Of a stretch of DNA of 64,000 nt, positions 33,858 to 44,538 are shown piece by piece. The stretch covers positions 160,001 to 224,000 of the forward strand of contig CAWBKB010000001.1 of NCBI GenBank assembly GCA_963789265.1, read 5' to 3'. Both the position numbers and the translations under genes were made by a program. How positions within the stretch are numbered: the first letter of the stretch is position 1; the number at the start of each line of letters is the position of its first letter. The notes under the pieces are model-generated. The model was not told the origin of the DNA and did no database searches. It worked only from the letters and a program-made list of their open reading frames with translations. The DNA comes from an uncultured delta proteobacterium (GTDB lineage Bacteria; Desulfobacterota; Desulfomonilia; Desulfomonilales; Desulfomonilaceae).

Positions 33858-34143
33858 AGCTTTTTCCTGGTCCAATACGTGCACCTGGATTTTGGGAACG
33901 GATGTCATTTTTCTTCTCCTTTTGCCACTAAAGTGTTCAAGGACAGGGAATGCAATTAGGGGCTCTTCTCGAATCCGATTCGTAGAAGAAGATTTAATTG
34001 AGACTCCTCGAAAGTTCTGACAGATTTTCGCACATAGACGAAACTCATGGGAGTCGGTTTTAAGCTGGTGGAGCAGGCGTTTCGCCTACCCCAAAAGGAC
34101 GGACAGGATGCCCATCTCCACCAAGTCATTAAGGAGAGGAACA

Positions 34144-34440
34144 ATGGAAAGCGAAGTGGCCTTCGGGAAGAGGGCGGTCCAGTCACTGGGAACAACCATG
34201 ATGGTTACGTGGGTGCTGATTCTTGGGCCGATTGGCGCTGTGTTGCTCGGCGGAGTGGCTTATGCCATGCTGGCAAGAAATCCCGTTCAAGGCGTGTTTT
34301 GTGGATTAATGCTCTTTTTGCCTCTTTGCCTGACCATAACCTGGGGGATTGGGACGTGTTTTCAAGTTCTCCGCCAAGAGAGGCTTCGAACGGCAGCCTT
34401 GGTTTTGGCAATTGAGCCGGTTGACTCTGCCACTTGTTGA
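34144..34440 (+). CDS. Small hypothetical membrane protein (2 TM)
   Basis: AGGAGAGG RBS, two hydrophobic segments. Confidence 0.6.
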   Translation: MESEVAFGKRAVQSLGTTMMVTWVLILGPIGAVLLGGVAYAMLARNPVQGVFCGLMLFLPLCLTITWGIGTCFQVLRQERLRTAALVLAIEPVDSATC

Positions 34441-34786
34441 TAGAGGCGGGAAGTAGGGTTATAGGGGAGCAATCCGAAACAGTTGCAAGTGGGCTTCCGG
34501 CTGGTTATTGTCGACCTCGTTTTGGCCGGGATCAGCAACAAAGATTCTAATTGACGGGCAAGTTTGCGGGGTGCTATGGTCAACGTTTAGGAAACACTCT
34601 TTAGCGTACCGGGCTCCTTGTGGGCGGGGGGAACCATCCGCTGCCGCGACCTCCAAGTCCTCCCAGTGTCAGGGCCGCCTCATGACGCCGACTTGCCCTC
34701 TTTTTTCTTGTTCGTAAAGGGTGTTCATTCGGTATTTGTTAATTCTCGCAAATTACGACTGCTGCCCTCGGGGGGCGGGAGGACTA

Positions 34787-35140
34787 ATGAACAGGCTAGC
34801 TATTGTTGTTTTGATGTTATGTTTATCTATCACCTTAGCTGTCGCGCAAAGCCGAATCGAGGTTCAAGCCGACAAAATATTCACCTTAACTCTGGAGTCA
34901 AACCCTTCAACCGGTTACCAATGGGAGTTCGCTCAACCTTTGGATGTGACTAAAGTGAAGCTCGTTGATTCATTCTACAGGAAACCAAAAACAGATCGCG
35001 TTGGGGCGGCGGGTGCTCAACTTTGGCTTTTCAGAGCAATCGGCCGTGGTGAAACTAAAATCTTAATGAAGTATGTCCAACCGTGGGAGAAAAATGCGGT
35101 TCCACAGGAAACAGCATCTTTCTCTATCATTATCAAGTAG
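34787..35140 (+). CDS. Chagasin-family (I42) cysteine protease inhibitor, exported
   Basis: NPSTGYQW, VGAAG and QPWE loop motifs; GGAGG RBS; signal peptide. Confidence 0.9.
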   Translation: MNRLAIVVLMLCLSITLAVAQSRIEVQADKIFTLTLESNPSTGYQWEFAQPLDVTKVKLVDSFYRKPKTDRVGAAGAQLWLFRAIGRGETKILMKYVQPWEKNAVPQETASFSIIIK

Positions 35141-35229
35141 TGTCATCAAACCGCGGTCCCTGCTCGCCTTTCAATAGATGCACGTGAATGCGAGCCGGAA
35201 AGACATGCCTTACATCAGGAGGCCATAAT

Positions 35230-36800
35230 ATGTTGTCCAGGAAAATCCTCGGAATTTTGTTGGTATTTCTCGGGATGTGCATCATTTGGCCCGCGAGTCA
35301 CGATCTCGAAGCACAATATCTACAGGTCGCACGCGTTGCCACAAACGAGGGGAAGAATTCTAACCTCGAGAGTAAACAAGGCCTCGATGTAGGAAACATT
35401 GTGAGAAATCGCAGCCCGCGTACTAATATAAAGGTCTTTCTGAGAGCTGACAAATCTCCTCTCAAACCAGGCGATGAGCTGCATATAACTGTCGAGACCA
35501 ACCGTGACTGTTATCTGACATTGTTGTACCCTTCTTCAGAATCCAACAAAGTAACAGTACCTTTGGCCAAATCAGGAATCCGGGTGGAAGAGCAGGATAA
35601 GAGCTAAGACCCCGACAGAAGTCCCCTCGCCCGGTGCGTCAATTCATCTCAAGGTGGACGGTCGATCACCGTACGAGCGTATCTTCGCCCTGGCTTCGAG
35701 TGAACCCGACAGCTTCTTGAGAGATAAGGATTATGTTGAAGAGCCGGGTCGCCCGCTAAAGACTCTGGCAATCGAATCGAGCGAATTACTTGAGGAGCTT
35801 CACAATCGGGCGGAAAGGCTTGTCGATACCACACGCTGGGGCACGGCCCAACTTGTAGTACGCGTGATCACCGCAAAAAACGGTCGCAAGTCCTTCGTCT
35901 CCAGCCTTTCCCCTAAAAGCGAAACTGTATTGACCGCGAAGAGTCTCAACAGACTCATAGTGAAGAAGGGATACAATTGGTCGGCTGGGGTCACGTCTCT
36001 GTCCGAGTTATCCGACCCGGAATTGAGAACCCTTTGCGGAGCAAAGGACGTTGTCGACAAAGGCGCATTGCGGCGTCACTTGATAACCAAAGACGTTCGG
36101 GGTTCGCTTGAGAGTGACAAGGCTACTCGGCCGATGCAGTGGGATTGGAGAAATGTCAACGGCAAGGATTGGACTACGCCGATAAGGCGCCAGATGAGCT
36201 GTGGTTCGTGTGTCGCTTTTGCTGTCGCCGCCGCAGTCGAAATGAACTATCAAATTGCCCGGAAGAAGGCGCATTCTGGAATCCAGTTGTCGGTGGGACA
36301 ACTATTTTCTTGCGGCTGTGGAAGGTGTTGTCGCACCGGCTGGGGTTGTGTAGAGGCCCTTGAGTTTGTTAAGTATGAAGGCCTCGTGGCTGAATCCGAT
36401 TACCCTTACCGTCCCATCAACCAAGATTGTGGGGTTGGGCTTTGCCCGTCTTCAGGCGATCAACATTCAAAAATCAAAATCTCGAAATGGTTTGCAATGC
36501 GAGATGCAGAGAATGCCAAGACATGGCTGAGCCTGCATGGTCCCTTGGCGACAACGATGTATGTATTCAAGGATTTTGCGAGTTATAAGGGTGGAGTGTA
36601 CACACGCGAGTGGTGGCAAAATGGGTGGCCACGCCATCGCGGTAGTGGGATACGATGAAAATGGAAAGTTTTGGATTTGCAAGAATAGCTGGGGTACCAG
36701 TTGGGGAGATAACGGCTGGTTCAAAATAGATTACAACCAATGCGGAATAGGGTCCAAAGACGCATTTTATGGCGTCGAATGTCTGCCTCCCGGAAAATGA
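35230..36800 (+). CDS. Exported DUF4384 + papain-like (C1A) cysteine protease; frameshifts near 35560 and 36605
   Basis: [15 protein letters not shown] (Cys), [10 protein letters not shown] (His), KNSWG (Asn); N-terminal [20 protein letters not shown]. Confidence 0.87.
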
Positions 36801-37018
36801 CGGCCTAAAATGGTGAGCCTGACTCGCCCTGAAGCGAGTTGGTGTCTCCTGGAAGCCGGCGAGATCCTTCCATTCCCGGCAGTCTGTGGGATGAGGAGAC
36901 TTCGAGGCCGAGCCGGTACGGTTGACTCGAAAGCGGTTGCGGACGGAAAACTCCAAAACAAATGTCCATCTAGGCCTAAGGCTCGTGCCACGACGTAAGT
37001 AGACAGCGGATTCCGGGG

Positions 37019-37164
37019 GTAACCATTCACTCATGCGGGGGAAGAGATTGTCATTGCGAGCGAAGCGAAGCAATCTTTTCCCTTGAACGCCGCTTAGATA
37101 GCTTCGTCGTTTCACTCCTCGCAATGACAAGGTTCAGAAGATCCCCGGATAACTGAATGCTTAC
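37019..37164. mobile_element. MITE with GTAACCATTCA...TGAATGCTTAC ends, copy 1
   Basis: Flanks ttccgggg/ttccggtg (7/8 TSD); internal gtcattgcgag...ctcgcaatgac palindrome. Confidence 0.75.
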
Positions 37165-37417
37165 TTCCGGTGCAAGATTGTGCTTGACCTGGGGGCGCGC
37201 TCCGAAGTATGTTCAACAATGTGCTAACATAAGGTTTTTTAGTAACATGTGACAACGGTTTTGCCTTCCTCTGGCCTTGGAGGGACCGTGCGGGGGCTTT
37301 TTGGGGGTCGCAAAAGCCGCGGCGGGGCACCGGCCCATACACTTTCAAGATGGTAAGAACCCAGCACAAAGTAGACGTATTGCTCGGTTGAGGATTATGG
37401 AAAATTAGGGGGCAGTC

Positions 37418-37600
37418 ATGAAATATTTGCTCAATCCTCCCACACTGATCTCGTGGTGGATATCATTTGTGTGTCTTGTGATAGGAGTCTTGATGGCTCT
37501 TCACATTGTCGTGATACCCGCTCTTGCGCCTTTCGTATTCTGGATCGTAGTGGCAGGACTGATATTAATGTTGGCGGCCACCAGGCTGCGCGGGATTTAG
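37418..37600 (+). CDS. Small 2-TM membrane protein
   Basis: AGGGGG RBS; LNPPT..SWWIS...WIVVAGLILMLAATRLRGI. Confidence 0.65.
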   Translation: MKYLLNPPTLISWWISFVCLVIGVLMALHIVVIPALAPFVFWIVVAGLILMLAATRLRGI

Positions 37601-38035
37601 ACTGATCCATCGTGGGGGGAAAGAAAGGCGGCTCCCGAGATGCTCCACGGTGTCTATCTTCCTGTTCCCTGTTTAACGAGACCCGAAGGGGTAGGGGAGA
37701 CAGTAAGGTGCAAGCCGTCCACGCTCCGGTCCAGAGGTGTAACGGCTTGACCCCTGATAAGCCCGATCATTTTGTCCCCAAATCTCGGTCTTTCCGTAAT
37801 CGAAGGTCAGCCGGTCAATTTCTCCCACCAACTGCTCATCGTTGATTGTGAGACACAGACTTTCACGTCTTCTTTTCGGTTGCACTGCTATTTTCAACAG
37901 ATGCCTGGATCGGCGGCTTCAATGCCGCGACCCTCGTACCGGGAGAGAATTGCGATTGAATCTCCCGCCTCCGCCGCGTAAGCGAATGATTGCCTTTCTT
38001 GCCGCTTTTTCTCTCTTGACACTAAAGAAGGCGGA

Positions 38036-38659
38036 ATGCTAAGAGTAGTTCATAGTGTGAATATTCAATCCGGTAACATGCAGGAAAAGAAAAAGACACG
38101 GAATCCGGCTGATTTTCCCGTATTGGGCGCCCTTTATCTTGGGTCCGCTCACGGCTACGATCTCTGCCGCGGACTCAAAGAGCGACTGGGAGAGATCTGG
38201 AGGCTTCATACGAGCCATATCTATGCTCTGCTGGCAGGGCTTGAAAAGGATGGCCTCGTGAGCCATGAGCGAATAGACCAAAAAGCACGGCCGGCGAAAA
38301 AGGTGTTTAGTATAACCGACGAAGGACGGATTGTTTTCTTAATGTGGGTGCGTTCACCCGTCATGAATGTGCGTGACATTCGCCTGGAATTCCTGACCAA
38401 GCTGCATTTTGCACGGCTTGATTCGCCTACCGCGGTAGAGGATCTCATTGCCAACCAGTTGTCGGTCTGCCGCAGCAACGAAAAACGCCTGGCAAGCAGC
38501 CGGAGACTGTGCAGGACCGACACTGAACGGGCCGCGCTGGATTACCGACTGGCCATGCTCAACGCAGTGCAAGAATGGTTGGCTGGGCTGCGCAAGCCTC
38601 GGCAGCGTGAGTCCCGGGAATTCGAGGGGCAGGGAGAATTCCTGAGACGGCATTCTTAA
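38036..38659 (+). CDS. PadR-family transcriptional regulator
   Basis: HGYDL, IYALLAGLEKDGLV, RPAKKVFSITDEGR. Confidence 0.88.
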   Translation: MLRVVHSVNIQSGNMQEKKKTRNPADFPVLGALYLGSAHGYDLCRGLKERLGEIWRLHTSHIYALLAGLEKDGLVSHERIDQKARPAKKVFSITDEGRIVFLMWVRSPVMNVRDIRLEFLTKLHFARLDSPTAVEDLIANQLSVCRSNEKRLASSRRLCRTDTERAALDYRLAMLNAVQEWLAGLRKPRQRESREFEGQGEFLRRHS

Positions 38660-38781
38660 TTCATGACCGGTATTCTTACCGCATTTTCTTCACATTTAGC
38701 AATTCCTTATGATATCATGCTTTGCTGATCTAGCCGCAACGAAGGGGCGACTTTTGATCTTAGGGGGAGGCTGTACCAGCC

Positions 38782-39330
38782 ATGCTAACAATCAAGGCCA
38801 GGAAAATAGCGGCTGATGTGCGGGCACACGTGTCGGATTTCGAGCTGATGTCCAAATATGACCTGTCTTTGGAGCAACTCGAAAAAGTCTTGAGAAAACT
38901 CGTAGACGCCGGGACGATAAGGGAGGACGAGATCAACGAAAGAGGCCCGTTCTTTGACGACCCGACCAATCGATTAAAGACACGGCGGTTTGCTAGAACT
39001 TACCTAAGGGTCCCCCTTGAGATTGAAGATTTGAACGACTCTGCCAACAAGGGCGTCCTTATCGATCTGTCGAAAGACGGATTTCGCACCCGAGGTATTA
39101 ACGCGGTCGTGGGCGAAGAAAAGACCTTCTTCGTCTCTCTACGGGAGGTTCGGAAAAGAGTAGTGAGACTTCAAGCCGCATGCGTATGGGTCAAGCAAGG
39201 GCTTGATCGTAAAGTCCTCCGCGAAGCAGGATTCACAATACTATATATCTCAGATAGGGATTTGCTTGAAATACAAAGGGTTGCCCGTCTTCTGGGCCTT
39301 GGAGACCGCAATCACTCACATAAGAAATGA
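38782..39330 (+). CDS. PilZ-domain protein
   Basis: RRFAR (RxxxR) and DLSKDG (DxSxxG) c-di-GMP-binding motifs. Confidence 0.8.
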   Translation: MLTIKARKIAADVRAHVSDFELMSKYDLSLEQLEKVLRKLVDAGTIREDEINERGPFFDDPTNRLKTRRFARTYLRVPLEIEDLNDSANKGVLIDLSKDGFRTRGINAVVGEEKTFFVSLREVRKRVVRLQAACVWVKQGLDRKVLREAGFTILYISDRDLLEIQRVARLLGLGDRNHSHKK

Positions 39331-39648
39331 ATCGGCACTAGAATTGTGCGATGGAGTGCTGAGATTAAACTTTTGTTCGGAACAAATTAAAAGAGAGTCA
39401 GAATGTTAAATGGATGAATGGTTGCTTGACGCCGGACAGTTTATCGACCGGCATTCCGGACCACGAGCAGTCATGGAAATCTGGGGTATGTTACTCAATT
39501 CCCGGACATGGTCGAGATAACCATAATCTTGTCAGAATGTTGTTAGCGTCCCCTGCCGCCGGATGCGTTGACAATTTGCAAACGCACTCCATATTAATTT
39601 GTAAAAGTGCTCATAAAGCAGAGGAGGCGGCGCGGCACGCCAACTACC

Positions 39649-40554
39649 ATGAACAGAGTTTTCGTTCAGCATGCTGTTCGTAATCTTTTCCACTCGGTCG
39701 TGTTAATGGCCTGCATGTTCCTCGTCTGCGGCATGGTCGGGTGGGTGTTCTGGGGAGTGGACGGACTCGTATATTTTAGTACCCTGACCGCAGTTGGGCT
39801 TCTCGTCAGTTTGAGGGTTTCTCCGCGGCTCATTTTCAAAATGTACGGGGCTGTACCGATCCGGGAACAAGAGGCGCCACACCTTTTGCTAATGATGAAG
39901 AAACTCGCTCGAAGGGCCGGACTTCCTGAGAGGCCGCAGCTATATTACATTCCGAGTCAAACTCCCAATGCCTTTGCCGTGGGCAGCCGGCGAACGGGGG
40001 CCATTGCAATCACCAAGGGCTTGCTGACCGGATTCACGCCACGAGAACTCCAAGGGGTGTTGGCTCACGAGATGGGACACCTGCGCAGGAACGACGGATT
40101 GGTTATGAGTCTGGCGGTTTCCGCAGGTCAGTTGGTCGGCATTATGTCCTGGATCGGAAAGGTAATGGTGCTCATCCATCTCCCCCTATATGTGTTCGGA
40201 GGATACCAACTCCCCTGGCTTCCGATCGTCATTCTTATCTTTGCCCCGCCTATCACAGTTTTACTCCAGTTCGCTTTGTCACGAACGCGGGAATTTGAAG
40301 CTGATTTAGAAGCAGTAAGGTCCACGGGCGATCCCATAGGGTTGGCCTCCGCTCTGCAAAAGCTCGAAGGTCTCTCGGGGAATTGGTTCGAACGGCTGTT
40401 TCTACAGAGAACAAAGGCGCGCGAATCATTCTTGTTTTGGACGCATCCCCCAACGGAGGAAAGGATACGGCGTCTTTTGGAGCTTGAAAGATCTCTGGTC
40501 GAATCGGTTGCTGTCCACGAAAACGGAGCACCATTCCACGGCGGTCGTACATAG
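39649..40554 (+). CDS. htpX: HtpX-like M48 zinc metalloprotease
   Basis: PNAFA, HEMGH, SRTREFEAD, THPPTEERIRRL. Confidence 0.88.
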   Translation: MNRVFVQHAVRNLFHSVVLMACMFLVCGMVGWVFWGVDGLVYFSTLTAVGLLVSLRVSPRLIFKMYGAVPIREQEAPHLLLMMKKLARRAGLPERPQLYYIPSQTPNAFAVGSRRTGAIAITKGLLTGFTPRELQGVLAHEMGHLRRNDGLVMSLAVSAGQLVGIMSWIGKVMVLIHLPLYVFGGYQLPWLPIVILIFAPPITVLLQFALSRTREFEADLEAVRSTGDPIGLASALQKLEGLSGNWFERLFLQRTKARESFLFWTHPPTEERIRRLLELERSLVESVAVHENGAPFHGGRT

Positions 40555-40735
40555 AGTAATCCGCACTTCTCGTTAACTCTTTATCAGGCAGGCATTCACG
40601 TATGGGGGGATTGTCCTGGCATTCTTCATCTCTTCCAATCCGTGTTGGTCCAAAGCCCCGGCGACGTGCTTTTCTTCAGCACTTGGAGTATACAATCGAA
40701 GCGCAGTGACGCATCGAAGAACAAGGGGGATTAAT

Positions 40736-42994
40736 ATGAGAAGGACCTCTGTGGCACTGGCGATCTTCTCTCTTTGGACAACCTTGGCCGTCGGGGAAGT
40801 CGTGCCCGCAACGACGGAGCCACCGCCCGTGACAAAGGTGGTTCTGTACAAGCATGGCATGGGTTACCTGGAGCGAGAAGGGAAGGTCAAGGGTAATGCG
40901 ATCCTCTCCCTCGCATTCCGCGTCGATCAGATGAAAGACCTCCTGACCAGCTTCTTCGCTGTGGATCTCGGTGGCGGCAAGATATCGGCCGTTCGGTACG
41001 AAACTCGCGATCCACTGTCCAAACAGCTTCAAGACATCCTCATCAAGGTACCCGAGAAGGCGGCGCTAAGTCAGTTTCTGATGCAGCTCAAGGGCGCCAG
41101 GTTGACCGCCAAGGCGGCCGGCGAAACCATCGAAGGACGCATCCTCGGCGTCGAGCCTGTCACTGAAATCGTTAACAATCGGGCTGTAAAGAAGAATTAC
41201 CGTCTGGTCCTGATGACTGACGCCGGTCCGATCCGCTCCCTGGACCTATTCGCGATCTCCGAGTTCGCTTTGGCCGACAAGGCGCTCCAGCGCGATCTGC
41301 GCCGACTCCTGGATCTTTCCCTGGACAGCAAGTACACCAACCGCAAGAAGCTCACATTGAGCGCCATAGGAAAGGGCGAGCGAGAAGTGCGTATTGGTTA
41401 TCTCATTGAAATGCCCATCTGGAAGTGCTCCTACCGAGTTATATTCGATGAAAGGAAGAAGAATGCGCCCCCTCTTCTCCAGGGCTGGGCGCTGGCTGAA
41501 AACAACACGGAAGACGACTGGAAAGACGTGACGATCTCATTTGTCGCGGGCAATCCAATGTCCTACGTGATGGATTTGTACTCTCCCTATTACGTCAGGC
41601 GGGCACAGGTGCCGATCCCGGGCTTACAGAACCTGGCCGTGGATTGGGGGGCAGTATCACCACCCGATCTTGCCGAGGGCGCTCCCGGAGCCCGAGCCCA
41701 GGAAAAGACGAAGAGGATGCGCATGAGCGCGAAATACATGGGTGCCCCTGCTGCACCTATGCCTCAAATGATGGACCGGCAGCAGTTAGGCTCTTTGGGC
41801 GGAACCCCTCTGCAGTATGCCGGCCGAGATGCCGAGAAAAAGGCCGCAAAGCCCCTGGGTGAGCTCCTTGCCAGCAGCTACAGCAGTACGGCTCAGGGTG
41901 CGAAAGTGGGTGAACTCTTTAGCTACGAGCCCAAAGACAAGGTTTCAATCCCCCGAGGGCAAGCGGCCATGGTTCCTATCCTCTCAAAAAAGATCAACGG
42001 GCAGCGGCTCCTCTACTACAAGGCATCCTTCTCGCCCAGGGCTGCCAATGCTTTTGTTTTGCGAAATGCCACCGACCTCACGCTGGAGCCGGGCGCAGTC
42101 ACTTTTTTCGAGGGGAGCACATCACTGGGCGAGGGAATTCTCAGCCACACACTTCCTCCCGGCAGCCAAGAAGTCATTCCATACGCGATAGACGCCTCAG
42201 TGGATATAACTCCACAGCAAAAGAAACATCGGGAGCCTCACTTCAAGGCTCGCCTGGTTGACGGCATACTCACACTCACTTCGATGGAGACCCTCACCAA
42301 CACATGGAAGATAGTGAACCGGGGCAAAGAGCCGGCCACCTTGTGGCTCCACCAGCCCAAAAGTATCGGTTGGCAACTCATCAAGCCGGACAAGCCGCTC
42401 AAGGAAGTGAACAACTATTACCGCTTCGCAGTGCCGTTGAAGGCAGGCGAGACAGTTGATTACGTGGTTGAAGAAAAGCACGACGTGCAGGAAACGGTTC
42501 GTTTGGCCAACAGTAGTGAGGAACAAATCCGTTTCTATCTCACCCAGTCCTATTTGTCCCCCGGTGCCAAGGCATTTATGAAGGAGTTGAGCGGCTTGAT
42601 GGCGCAGAAAGCCGGCTTGCAGCGGCAGATGACCGAGTGGACACAACAGACGAAACGCCTGACCGAAGAACAGGGGCGACTGCGATCCAATCTCCGGGCG
42701 CTGGTGTCAAACTTGCCCAAGGAACAGGAGTTGCGGGCAAAGTGGGTTGCGGCATTGGCCTCGAACGAAGATCAATTGATGCAGACTCGCACGAAGCTTG
42801 ACGATGCCGGGGCCAAACTCCGGCAAATGGAGGAATCTCTGGCCAAGAAGGTTCGGAGTGCAAAGACAAGTAGCGTGCGAGATCTGAAGGCTCCGGGGAC
42901 ACCTTGCTCAATTCGCGGATCGTGCCCCCAATTAGGAACAATTCCCTCGATTTTCCCCTATATCTTTCAAGAATCCGAGCATGGAATCATTTGA
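40736..42994 (+). CDS. Exported DUF4139/DUF4140-like protein; true stop may be near 42873 if the C-terminus is frameshifted
   Basis: VVLYKHGMGYLER, PIWKCSYR, LQGWALAEN.T.DDW, GELFSY; C-terminal coiled coil. Confidence 0.78.
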   Translation: MRRTSVALAIFSLWTTLAVGEVVPATTEPPPVTKVVLYKHGMGYLEREGKVKGNAILSLAFRVDQMKDLLTSFFAVDLGGGKISAVRYETRDPLSKQLQDILIKVPEKAALSQFLMQLKGARLTAKAAGETIEGRILGVEPVTEIVNNRAVKKNYRLVLMTDAGPIRSLDLFAISEFALADKALQRDLRRLLDLSLDSKYTNRKKLTLSAIGKGEREVRIGYLIEMPIWKCSYRVIFDERKKNAPPLLQGWALAENNTEDDWKDVTISFVAGNPMSYVMDLYSPYYVRRAQVPIPGLQNLAVDWGAVSPPDLAEGAPGARAQEKTKRMRMSAKYMGAPAAPMPQMMDRQQLGSLGGTPLQYAGRDAEKKAAKPLGELLASSYSSTAQGAKVGELFSYEPKDKVSIPRGQAAMVPILSKKINGQRLLYYKASFSPRAANAFVLRNATDLTLEPGAVTFFEGSTSLGEGILSHTLPPGSQEVIPYAIDASVDITPQQKKHREPHFKARLVDGILTLTSMETLTNTWKIVNRGKEPATLWLHQPKSIGWQLIKPDKPLKEVNNYYRFAVPLKAGETVDYVVEEKHDVQETVRLANSSEEQIRFYLTQSYLSPGAKAFMKELSGLMAQKAGLQRQMTEWTQQTKRLTEEQGRLRSNLRALVSNLPKEQELRAKWVAALASNEDQLMQTRTKLDDAGAKLRQMEESLAKKVRSAKTSSVRDLKAPGTPCSIRGSCPQLGTIPSIFPYIFQESEHGII

Positions 42995-43217
42995 GATCGT
43001 CGGCGAGTTTTCGGAGATCGAAATCATTGCTGTGGGCAATGCCGTCCGAGAGATTGGGCGATTACGAAAGCAATATGGTGACGGTCGCTGGCGGAAGCTC
43101 AAAGGAATTGCTATGATTCGTCTTGAAAATGGCCGAGTACGTCCAGCGGAAATCCACTGGTATGAAGCCCATGGGATAGGTAAAAAGGAATTCAAACGCA
43201 AACGTTACTTGGAATAG
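42981..43217 (+). CDS. Small hypothetical protein, putative toxin
   Basis: GRWRKLKG...AEIHWYEAHGIG; 4 nt upstream of the next ORF. Confidence 0.75.
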   Translation: MESFEIVGEFSEIEIIAVGNAVREIGRLRKQYGDGRWRKLKGIAMIRLENGRVRPAEIHWYEAHGIGKKEFKRKRYLE

Positions 43218-43221
43218 AATC

Positions 43222-43449
43222 ATGAAAACACGTTTTGCTGTGTGCGTTGACAACTCGGAGTATCCCGCTTCCCTGGAAGTTCACAAGCTCTATCGTGTGG
43301 TCCCGGATGAAGACGCGGAGCGCGATGGAGACCTGCGTGTCATTGATGAAAGTGGCGAAGACTACCTGTTTCCGAGCAAAGACTTTGTGATAATAGACCT
43401 GCCGCGGGAAACGGAACGCATCCTTGCCGACTCATTTGAAAGGATTTAA
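43222..43449 (+). CDS. Small acidic hypothetical protein, putative antitoxin/immunity protein
   Basis: SLEVHKLY...RVIDESGEDYLFP motif. Confidence 0.75.
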   Translation: MKTRFAVCVDNSEYPASLEVHKLYRVVPDEDAERDGDLRVIDESGEDYLFPSKDFVIIDLPRETERILADSFERI

Positions 43450-43532
43450 GAAGTCCCGGCATCCTACTTAATCCTTGGGTCGCAACCAAAATTAGGTATG
43501 TTGTTCCCGGATTTTGCAAATTTTAAGTGGCA

Positions 43533-43850
43533 TTAACCCCTGGATACGCAATACAGCCCACTTCGCCGACCGGAATCGCTCTTGTTTTTATGTAAACGCG
43601 GCCTGCAATCTTTGGGACAAGCGGTAACTCTTCCGAGCAAATCTGCCATCTCTCCACCAAACCGGCAAACGATGTAAGCATCCAGTTCGTCGGACGTCGC
43701 TCCGCTGCTCAATACCTTTTTCTCGAAAAACTCGCACCGTTCACATTCCCATCGGGTCAATCTTTGCTCATAGCCGTCGAAGTACTCTTGTTCCGAAGAC
43801 ACACGGAGCCTTCCTCTGTGCACATTTCCAATCAATTCTGAAGCCCTCAT
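43533..43850 (-). CDS. Cys-rich hypothetical protein
   Basis: GGAGG RBS; CERC, VCRF and ACPKDC motifs. Confidence 0.5.
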   Translation of the reverse strand: MRASELIGNVHRGRLRVSSEQEYFDGYEQRLTRWECERCEFFEKKVLSSGATSDELDAYIVCRFGGEMADLLGRVTACPKDCRPRLHKNKSDSGRRSGLYCVSRG

Positions 43851-44139
43851 AATTTACCCCTCCCGTATGCAATTAGCCTGGGTTCAGCGGGCAAGACCCG
43901 CCTACACCTCTTCACTCCTCACCTAATTTCCCACCCAGAGTGGCAATTCCCCTTTTTCGGAACTTTGAGGCAATATGATTGCTGAGTCGGCAGGATGTTC
44001 CCGAAAATTTTTGGCATCGCTTGCAATTTGTGTGGTAGAGCGTGTCATGCTTGAGTCGCCACCATTGAAGCACCAGGACCGGACTCGTTGCGCGGGGCTC
44101 TTGAATTGGATTCGAGCGGAATTAAAATAATACAATGAC

Positions 44140-44263
44140 CGATATAAGCCGTGAGCAGCACGTTCTCTTTGAAGTGGCAAAGAGACTGAATGGCGCAGGC
44201 TTTCTCATTACCGCTGATCCGACAGAGGCAATAAAAGAAGGAGTGCAAGTATGGCCCACGTGA
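44140..44263 (+). pseudogene. 3' remnant of the small toxin-type gene that normally precedes DUF2283
   Basis: AKRLNGAGFLITADPTEAIKEGVQVWPT* overlaps the downstream start; 5' part missing. Confidence 0.5.
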
Positions 44264-44463
44264 AACTGTTCTACGATCATGAGGCAAACACTCTGACTGT
44301 TTGGTTTGGCAATCCCCAGGACGAATATGTCTGCGAAGAGACCGGTGATGAGGTAATACTTATGAACGATAAGTTGGGTCGCGTCATCGGCTTTGAAAAG
44401 CTGAATTTTTCCGTTGCTGAATCTGAACCACTAAGGGTTGCTTTCGAGACGATAGCAGTTTGA
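44251..44463 (+). CDS. DUF2283-family protein (putative antitoxin)
   Basis: YDHEANTLTVWF...EETGDEVIL..D..GRVIGFEKL. Confidence 0.78.
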   Translation: MAHVKLFYDHEANTLTVWFGNPQDEYVCEETGDEVILMNDKLGRVIGFEKLNFSVAESEPLRVAFETIAV

Positions 44464-44538
44464 AATGGGGATAGCATCTGCCGTTTCCCGGCATTAAACG
44501 GTCGGTTCGCTTAAATGAGCCGCAGTTAGGTCGGACAT

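Noticed and set aside
37255..37345. Possible c-di-GMP-I riboswitch (gtcgcaaaagcc)
   Set aside because: The upstream GGCAAACC/GAAA tetraloop stem is missing; only a partial resemblance.
37673..38020. Possible frameshifted minus-strand gene divergent from padR
   Set aside because: Coding-like in places, but no family was recognised and the boundaries are unclear.
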